Source: Ginkgo biloba (Eukaryota; Plantae; Ginkgophyta). From it: a stretch of 18,509 bases of DNA. A program made the position numbers and the translations under genes. The DNA is taken from the NCBI GenBank assembly GCA_024626585.2, contig JANKJI020000002.1, positions 206,641,494-206,660,002 on the forward strand. Direction: 5' to 3'. This document shows, piece after piece, positions 10,513 through 18,509 of this stretch. The first letter of the stretch is position 1; each line of letters starts with the position of its first letter. The notes under the pieces are model-generated. The model saw only the letters and a program-made list of their open reading frames with translations. It had not been told where the DNA came from and ran no database searches.

Positions 10513-10817
10513 ACGCCAATCTTCAACATCAGCAATCTATATCCATATTTAGGAAATAACAGGTCAGAAGGACCAGTGATGGTGGATTGGCAAAAGCAGC
10601 TTCCCAGGAAGAAAATGGAGCAATTGAAGGACGTGCTAGACCGAACGGTGCCTGTGACAAGAGGAGGAAGATATAAGAAATATTTGGTTAAGTGGTCACA
10701 CTTACCATACGAAGACAACACCTGGATTTCTGAAGAGGAGCTAAAAGTCTTGGATAAGCAGAAGTGGAAGATCTTTGAAGCAACAGGCGTGCAGGAGGAC
10801 CTGCACCTTTTTTTTAA
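10513..10817 (+). mobile_element. Ty3/gypsy chromovirus pol C-terminus: integrase tail plus chromodomain (open frame between two gaps)
   Basis: TPIFNISNLYPY (integrase HPVFNVSxL tail)...DVLDRTVPVTRGGRYKKYLVKWSHLPYEDNTWISEEEL (chromodomain YLVKW...TW). No internal stops. Confidence 0.92.
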
Positions 10818-10902
10818 NNNNNNNNNNNNNNNNNNNNNNNNNNNNNNNNNNNNNNNNNNNNNNNNNNNNNNNNNNNNNNNNNNNNNNNNTCAACAAGGAA
10901 GG

Positions 10903-11140
10903 ACCGACACTGTCGGTGAAGCCAAAGAAAACCTCACCTCATCGGTGGAGAGAAAACAGACTTTGTCGATGAAGGAGGAATCCAACATCCGTCAGTGAAG
11001 CAAAAACTGACACCATCTGTGGGGTAGTAAATTGACGCCATCAGTGGAGTAGTGAACCGACGAACGTCGGATGGTAGTAAGTCAACATGCGTCAATAGAG
11101 GACAGATAGACCTTGTCGGATAACAGTAAACCAACGTGAG
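10903..11140 (+). repeat. 25-bp tandem array of imperfect palindromes, consensus ACCGAC-N3/4-GTCGGTG(A/G)AG, in LTR U3
   Basis: Left half-sites at 10904, 10932, 10957, 10982, 11007, 11032, 11057, 11082, 11107 and 11131. Perfect ACCGACA-C-TGTCGGT at 10903-10917. Confidence 0.85.
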
Positions 11141-11377
11141 GCAGCGAGACAAAGTCAGGAAGACGCCAGACAAAGTCGACAAAGCCCAAGATCAACCTAT
11201 GTCGGTGAACCATAATGCAAAGACAGGCACTTGGGAGACGTCAGTGAAGAAGCACTTCTGTGAACGTTGTAGTCATTAATGGCGTAGCCATTAATGAAGT
11301 AAATGCTCACATAAAAGAGTCATTGAAGCTACAAAGAGTTGTTGGGCTCAGGAATAAGGGATCCATTGGATCCATGC

Positions 11378-11386
11378 CTATAAATA
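11378..11386 (+). promoter_or_regulatory. LTR TATA box
   Basis: CTATAAATA, preceded by the palindrome GGATCCA-T-TGGATCC (11359-11373). Confidence 0.65.
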
Positions 11387-12138
11387 AAGTCTTCAATAAG
11401 TCATTTGGGGAGATTCCTAAGAGAACAACGAAGTGCTACCGGATTGAAGAGAGAAATAAAGACTAGCAGACTTGGGACGACTCTGAGGAGAAGAAATTGG
11501 GGGCGACGTGTACATCCATTCTGAGGAACAGACTGAAGCTGAGACGAGGAGAATCTCGCAAGTGTAGTCGTAGGCAAGGATTCATCGAGCAGAATGTCAA
11601 AGGAGGTAGCTCTTAGGTGACAAGTTCCATTCCAGTGATATTGCACCGTGTAGTTTACATGCATGATCTGTTAAATTATGAATTGTAAATCCGTGAGGCT
11701 TTATAATGCCAGTGGGCATATTTTAGGCCATGGGCTGCATTATCCAAGCCAGTGGGCTATGCATGGAAGGGCGGAGGCCCAGTATAGTGATTTGATCTAA
11801 TAAACCTCGAGTTTTATTCCCCGAGAGGGTTTCTCCAGTTAAAAAAATTCCTGTGTCATTTCTCCATTTGTCTTGCATGGATGTTTATTTGTTTTAGATC
11901 CTAGTTTGTGGACTAATCCCAGTCCAGGTCAAAGAGTAGATGTGGGTAGTTTGGTAGTTTTTTTGTTAAATGTGAACTTTTGATAAGCCTACCAACCACA
12001 TTGGCAGGTGGTGGTTGATGTTAGATCGAAGATCCTGAAGCCGCGCTGGAGGGTGACAAAGTATAGTTAACGTCAGCTCCATCCATACAATGGTCGATAG
12101 GGACCCATTAACTTCGCCTGCTCCCACTCACTGCATCA

Positions 12139-12199
12139 ATATATACATATATAAATGTATATATATGAATATATACATGCATATATATATATATATATT
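12139..12199. repeat. Degenerate (TA)n microsatellite flanking the LTR end
   Basis: ATATATAC...ATATATAT running into a gap. Confidence 0.9.
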
Positions 12200-12299
12200 N
12201 NNNNNNNNNNNNNNNNNNNNNNNNNNNNNNNNNNNNNNNNNNNNNNNNNNNNNNNNNNNNNNNNNNNNNNNNNNNNNNNNNNNNNNNNNNNNNNNNNNN

Positions 12300-13260
12300 A
12301 AGATCAATTATATACACGTAGAGTGACATCAAGAGCACCATGGGAATAATGAAGAAGACTTAGGATGATAAAACCATGATAAAGTTAGGATATGGTGACA
12401 AGCTCATAGTCATCTCTAAGGGGATATTTATTAATTGAATCACCAACTCCATAAGAAAATGGGTAGAAAAGATCTTTAGTATATGGTTTTACAACTCAGT
12501 TATGATCATAGATATTTTGAAGATCTAGTTTAGGATGATCAAGATTGTCACTAACCAGGGTATCTAATACCCTTAGGCCAAATTTTTCGAAGAGAAACTA
12601 CATGACTCCATCAAGAATTATTTACAGAAAAATATGCCCTTCTGCATAAAAAAATTATTGATTTCATTGGTCATCTTGAAGTATCTACCACCAGGTACCA
12701 TGAATAAAATACCACTAGCTAGGTCTTTCTAGGAATATGACCGAGGTCAAACACAACAAGTAAAGGATAAATATGCCAAAAGGATGAATGATTGGTAAGA
12801 TGGGCTATATAAGAGAATATACATGATAATGAAGGTACCATAAATGTTTAACTTACACTAATACCAAGGAAACAACCCAACTATCCAACTATTTTTGGAT
12901 ATGGACATCACAAAAATTAGATATCAAGGGTTCAAGCAGGGTTGTATAACTCTACCTTACATCACTACTTGGGATATGTTCAAAGAATAAGATGTCCAAC
13001 AAATAATTCAAATACTACTTGGAATACCAAGTACTCCACTAACTAAAACAATACTTAGTCAAGCAGAGACATCATCATCCAAGGAATCAAGGAAGATAAA
13101 GTTAAAGAATGTAGAGAAGTAGTCATTGTCCTTAAAAGAGAAATAAGAACTTGCAACTCGAAGGAAGAGGAAGAGGAAAAAAGAACAAGAGGGTGAAAAA
13201 AATAAATTGATGAGGGAATAGAGAAAATGATAGAACAACAGATAGATCCACCTCATACTA
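12300..13260 (+). other. Decayed coding-like relic, probably retroelement gag or LINE ORF1; family unresolved
   Basis: Purine-rich stop-riddled sequence with fragments such as IRYQGFKQGC (~12916) and ITTWDMFKE (12961) and a K/E/R-rich tail. No unambiguous motif. Confidence 0.3.
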
Positions 13261-13407
13261 TGATAGACTTAGAGAAGAACCAAGGGGAAGAGCATTCAAA
13301 AGGAAACAAGGAGTATATAATAGTTCAAGAGGAAAAGGGGAAAGCAAGTGATGAATGAGAAGAAATTGACAAAGAATAATCCAATGGCAGTCAACATGAT
13401 TGTCTAA

Positions 13408-13605
13408 AGGCAGAGGGTTTTTAGAACTGAATGCAAATCAGAGGATCAACCGTGCAAGGTCATTATTGATGGAGGAAGTTGTAAGAACATGATGGAAGAG
13501 GAGATGGTTTGAAAGTTGAGCATACCATGTGAAGAGAATGACGCCCCATATAGAATCTCATGGTTCAAGAAGGGAGGTGAGATAACCATAAGAAGAGATA
13601 ACTGA
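13408..13605 (+). mobile_element. Ty3/gypsy (CRM-like) aspartic protease relic
   Basis: RQRVFRTECKSEDQPCKVIIDGGSCKNMMEEEMV*KLSIPCEENDAPYRISWFKKGGEITI; catalytic D at 13468; in-frame TGA at 13510. Confidence 0.9.
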
Positions 13606-15168
13606 TAACNNNNNNNNNNNNNNNNNNNNNNNNNNNNNNNNNNNNNNNNNNNNNNNNNNNNNNNNNNNNNNNNNNNNNNNNNNNNNNNNNNNNNNNNNNN
13701 NNNNNNNNNAACAAAAGTCAATAAGAATCCATTAGGAGTAGGCAAGGAGTAGTCAAACATTGAAGAAGAGAAAACAATACCAAAAAAATAATGAACAAAA
13801 ATGACATCACAAAAAAATATTGCAATGACATCTACCCAATACTAAGAGTAGCCATCAATAGAGACACTAAATTAGCATGATGAATCTTTATTATCTATAC
13901 CTCTTTGAGAAACATNNNNNNNNNNNNNNNNNNNNNNNNNNNNNNNNNNNNNNNNNNNNNNNNNNNNNNNTCCTATAAGGGAGCATGGCAGATTCCACAA
14001 ACAAGAAGACACATCCACATAGGAAGGCATTCAACACACCACCAACAAGAGTGATAAGAGTATTAAAAAGATTGACGATGGAGGCACACTCTCATCTGAT
14101 AAGGAGATGATATGGTCAATCAAACACATAGCAATGGGGTAGGATATTCTTAAGTTTTGAGAAAGTAACAAACCGCTTGTGATTTTGATAGTAGTAGTTC
14201 GAGAATAATCCCTAAGCAAAGTTGCGATCATTACCTCCAAGTTTCCAATAGATACATTCATGTAGAATCCATATATATTTTGCATGAAGGAAACATGGCA
14301 CATTTGGAGAAAGTGGCCAGGTACAAGAAAAAGGCATAGGAATCCTTGTAGGAGTTCAATAAACTCCTTTAATTTGTAATATATAAGGTGGATAGAGAGA
14401 TTGATCTCTCTGACAAGACTGAGGATGATAGAACTATTGACATCCTCAATACCATTATCAAATGGAAAAATGATAAGAAGTTATAGTTATAGATAGAAAT
14501 AGCAATATTGAAGAAGTACAAGTACCTATATGAGACCTAATAGAGAGAGAAAAATCATAACTCATAGAATGCCAGGAAGTGTGTGAATGAATCATATGAG
14601 ACATAATCATCCTATGTAGATTCCCTTGCCTCAATAGTGGAAGAATCTTCCTTCTTTGGCTAATACTTCATCAGACACCCATAGTTGGTAAAAGGAGCCT
14701 TCTGAAAGACTAAGAAAATGAAGGATGATGTTGGGCAAATCAATGCTAAGATGGAAGTTACCAATGACCTGACTAAATTTATAACTCTATATCAACAATA
14801 ATAATAGATGTATTTCAAAAATAAATTTAATATCCATAAGTTCATTGGCATGCTTAGTCACTATGATAACCAGTTCAAGTCAGTCGAACAAAGGTTGTTT
14901 CCTCCGGTAAAGACATATAAGGTGAACCTTTAGAAAATGAAGGAAGTCATTAACAAAGGAGAATTGGATGGGTCATGCATTACATTACCATTATTACTGA
15001 CACACATCTTATAACCATTATGAAAATCACTAGGGCATAGTCATAATTCCAAATGGAATTATCATTTGCCTTACCAGATGCAGTAAAAAAGTCACGAGTA
15101 CATGTTTCTTTGACATTTTTTATGTTGACATTATCTTAGGATGAGATTAGGCTTTAGGCATTGGTGAT

Positions 15169-15912
15169 TGTTGGACAAAGGATAGTCCATAGTCAACGAA
15201 TGATGGAGTTTCTTTAATCAACGTTAACTATAATGAACAACACTGACAACCAAGGTAAACACCAACATTGATAGATCTACCCTCCACATACATGAATCCT
15301 TCAATAGAATTAGGCTAGAATATGTGTATTGTAAGATCCACATCAGTTACTATAATTATTAAGGATATATATAAATAGGGTTGTCTAGTGGGATATAAAT
15401 ATGGGAAGAGACATGATAGACTTATGCTCTGTATTTTTACTTAGAGGTTGGCTATCACCTCTTCCTTATACTATGTCCTTGATCTATGTATTATGATATC
15501 TCTTAATACAAGAAATGAATGTTTTTTCCCTCTGTGAGTTGTTTAATGGTGAAGTCCCATGAATGAATGATATGTATGGATTCTTGGGTATTGATGTATG
15601 AATCTCAACCCTTAGTTTATTTGCATGTCATTCTTTCCTCTCTTCCCCACCTATCTCCTTCTTCTATATTTGTAAACCTCGCACATGGAGGACATATGTC
15701 ACGCCTGCGAGGTATCATTCTTCTATATAATCCTTTTATAATATTATAGAAGGTGTGCTTAGTGTTATTATCTTAATTTTGTACTTGGGAGGTTTCACCC
15801 TCCAAGTGGATGAGTAATCTATTATGAGTTCTTCTTTTGTATTTGCAAATCTGAGTTCTTGAGTTGTGACATTTGTATTCATTGTTGGAGATTGGTAGCA
15901 AGGTTTTCCACA
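15169..15912 (+). mobile_element. Putative LTR (~744 bp)
   Basis: TGTTGGA (15169)...TCCACA (15912), a TIR with a 1-nt deletion; TATATAAATAGGG at ~15368-15380; T-rich U5-like part; PBS follows after AG. The left boundary is tentative. Confidence 0.65.
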
Positions 15913-15914
15913 AG

Positions 15915-15926
15915 TGGTATCAGTGC
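15915..15926 (+). promoter_or_regulatory. tRNA-iMet primer-binding site
   Basis: TGGTATCAGTGC, 11/12 to TGGTATCAGAGC, 2 nt after CA. Confidence 0.85.
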
Positions 15927-16645
15927 GGCCTCCTACGTGTGATTTCAGAAGAAAAGCACTAAGGTATCACTTTTTTTTTCATTCTAGAATTTTTATTTGT
16001 GCACCCAATCAAGGATTTTCTTACAAATCCAAGGTGAAGAAGATTGTGAGCATAATTGCCTCCAAGGATCGTGACAACTATACAGTTGAGTTCCATCAAG
16101 CCCAACATCCTCAAACTTCATTAGTAGTTTCCATCCCACAGAGCTATTCAATCCAATTATTTTCAAAAACCCTTGCCAACTTGCATCTCTGTTTCATAGT
16201 CGTACCCCGCCCATGCGTGCTCGATTCTCTTTATTATATTTTTGTGTGCCCCTATGCCGCACACCAATATGGTGAACTTGCTAGGTTTGCACACAAACAT
16301 GGTGTTCTCTACAAAGCTGCACACTGACACGATGAACCTTGTTTCGGACCAAAAAAAATTATTTTCGCAAAAAAATATATATATGCTTGTAATTCAATTA
16401 AATTCTTCTTATCTTCTTCCTCATTCTCGTCTTTAATAGGATCATTGTAAATAAAAACCATAAAATAAATCTATATGTTGCACTCAAAGAAGAGATCGTA
16501 AGACCAAGTGGCAGTCATTTTCTTTATTCTTTATTAATAGAAAAANNNNNNNNNNNNNNNNNNNNNNNNNNNNNNNNNNNNNNNNNNNNNNNNNNNNNNN
16601 NNNNNNNNNNNNNNNNNNNNNNNNNNNNNNNNNNNNNNNNNNNNN

Positions 16646-17260
16646 ATAGCTTCCATCTCTCCATATTTATAATCTAGTTCTTTGTAGATAATTCCACAAT
16701 CTTTACTTTCTTGTACTTCTAGTTTTATCTACCTTTCCATCCTAGTAGTACCTATGTATATAATTAAAATTTGGAATTTTATAGAAAAAATACCACTTTT
16801 AAATGTTGGATAGAAGAGTATGATTTATATATCAATAATTTATCATTATTTTATACATGAAACTTTGTGTAATGGATTGGTCTATAACACATCCATGAAA
16901 CATTTCACTTTTAATTATTAGATGATCATAATTGAATTAAATGTTTAGTTTTAAATGCGACTCCATATAGATGGTGTTTGATGCAACTTCCCAATACTAA
17001 TCATTAAAATATAAAGCGCTATCACTCAAGTCCTAGTTTCCCCAATCATCCCCTTAGATCAAACCAAGTATCCATGACAACATACAAAAAAATATAAATC
17101 TCAACACCACGTCTTTAGAATAATTTAAATGTTGGTTTCCTATTAATAATACATGAGTTACATTACAACCGATCCATCGACCTATACAAGTGAATGAAAA
17201 CAATCATGTTGTAGGTGAGTTACAACTCATACTCCATTTCTTACCTAATAAAAAAGGATT
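16646..17260 (-). mobile_element. Possible very decayed LINE ORF1 relic
   Basis: Minus-strand fragments in ORF1-like order: PTFKLF/KTWC, HGYLV, VSWMC, LKVVF-YKIPNFNY. The zinc knuckle is not intact. Confidence 0.3.
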
Positions 17261-18003
17261 AAAAGTATTACCCGACTCAATTCTTGTGCACCAATGTAGT
17301 CTTAAGATGATTTCTCCCACTAAATGATCTACACCTAAAATCTCTTGCTTCCTATTCCCTCTACTATCTTGACTCCCTCTTACCTATTCTCCCTTTTCTT
17401 CCTCTCTCTTTTTTCTCAAGAATATCACTTTTAAAGTGTTCTCCTATGTTTCTCTCATCCCTGGTTGTTGAATTCTTTATGATCGACATTAAATTCCTTA
17501 CCCATAAAAATTAAATATTATTCTTTGAATGCATTCTCACCTACCACCATTTATGTCCCTTGATTAAAAACTTCCCATACTCTGATATGACCTCTCTCCA
17601 TTGTCATTCATCTTTACTCCATCACAAGAGTTCTCCCTATTTTATCTTATGTTTTCTATTTTCAATGTTGTTCCACCTTTTCTTTTTGTATTTTTTATAA
17701 TACTTTCAACGTCAGCCTTATATCAATGTATATGTTTCCTATCGATATCATCGATTAACAACCTTTTTTGCTATCAATTATTACTATCATTGATGACTAT
17801 CAATATCATTATCCCCGTCTTCTCCTTTTATGTTACTTCCTCCATTGTTTCCTATATGTTATATGTGCTANNNNNNNNNNNNNNNNNNNNNNNNNNNNNN
17901 NNNNNNNNNNNNNNNNNNTTAATGGGATGGGAGGTCATTGACTATCTTTTGGTTTTATTTTGTCTTTGATCATTGTCCTTTTTTTTAATTAGGATAAAAG
18001 GGG

Positions 18004-18509
18004 TGTTGAAAGGTCCCCAATCCTTTTACAATAAACTGCTCTAGATTTACAATGAGCTCACAGATCAAAATGTAGAGATTTACAACTTTAGAGTCTACCT
18101 AAAAGTCTTTTAGAAAAATACTGATGCTGCTATCAATCATGAATATAACTAAGCACTCAGCCTAAATATACTAAGTCCATTTACATCACAATCATAAGAT
18201 TTTCAACATAAACCTAAAATTGAAATAAACTAGAGCCTACATCTTCACAAAAAGAGTAGACATTGCTCTTATTTCCATACTGCTAGGTAAATTCCTACAT
18301 CAAAAGAAATTGCTAGGATAAAGGTGCATAAGGGAAGAAATGGACCCCAAAGCAAAGCCACAAGCTGAGGGATCCTTAGTTATCGCCATACTACTAGGTA
18401 ACTTTGAGAGGTATAGATGGACTCTCTAGAGACCCTCACCATTTGAAAGATTCACAGTTCCATGGTTTAAAATAGATAACCTTATGTAACAAATGTATAG
18501 GGTTCTAAA
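18004..18509 (-). mobile_element. Putative LTR fragment (3' or solo LTR) continuing past the window edge
   Basis: Minus strand has TATA-like CTATTTAAA (~18469-18477), a T-rich U5-like tract, and ends TTTCAACA at 18004 with no PBS. Internal 15/16 direct repeat CCATACT(G/A)CTAGGTAA at 18275 and 18386. Confidence 0.5.

Larger units (their letters stand above)
10890..12138 (+). mobile_element. 3' LTR of the chromovirus (left end and PPT hidden in gap 10818-10889)
   Basis: Follows the pol end; CpG-rich U3-like part, CTATAAATA at 11378-11386, T-rich U5-like part, ends CATCA (12134-12138); no PBS follows, only (TA)n. Confidence 0.75.

Noticed and set aside
10903-11140. CRISPR-like array (periodic palindromic repeats)
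   Set aside because: The period is only 25 nt, units are degenerate with no unique spacers, there are no cas genes, and it sits within a eukaryotic LTR.
10890-13605. The LTR at 10890-12138 as the 5' LTR of the downstream gag/protease relic
   Set aside because: No PBS follows CATCA, the LTR comes after an integrase end, and the downstream sequence is more decayed.
15914-16436. 137-aa and 64-aa ORFs as gag or host genes
   Set aside because: The first starts inside the PBS at a GTG, neither has a recognisable motif, and the region is best read as retroelement leader.
17991-18010. Plus-strand PPT (AGGATAAAAGGGG) followed by TGTTG as the start of a 3' LTR
   Set aside because: Not excluded, but composition and TATA position favour a minus-strand LTR end, and no pol remnant lies upstream.

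Overview
AT-rich, strongly CpG-depleted, gap-ridden eukaryotic DNA, most likely land-plant repeat-rich intergenic sequence. I see no intact gene. In order it holds: a short 5' LTR with a tRNA-iMet PBS (~1366-1697); a decayed L1-type LINE ORF1 and endonuclease (~2341-3623); a probable non-autonomous Helitron with an internal AATGGAA repeat and a hairpin-CTAG 3' end (to 4569); a heavily decayed, intron-containing RLK/Pelle kinase relic that appears to hold up to four tandem kinase units (~4570-7050); a decayed LINE RT/zinc-finger region (~7090-9430); the integrase tail, chromodomain and 3' LTR of a much younger chromovirus (10513-12138) whose U3 carries a 25-bp-periodic array of CCGAC-N3/4-GTCGG palindromes and which abuts a (TA)n tract; a Ty3/gypsy protease relic (~13408-13605); another LTR plus PBS (~15169-15926); and further LINE/LTR relics. 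The two most interesting signals are the multi-kinase relic and the palindromic array in the young LTR. All protein calls come from hand translation, often across stops and frameshifts; no searches were run.
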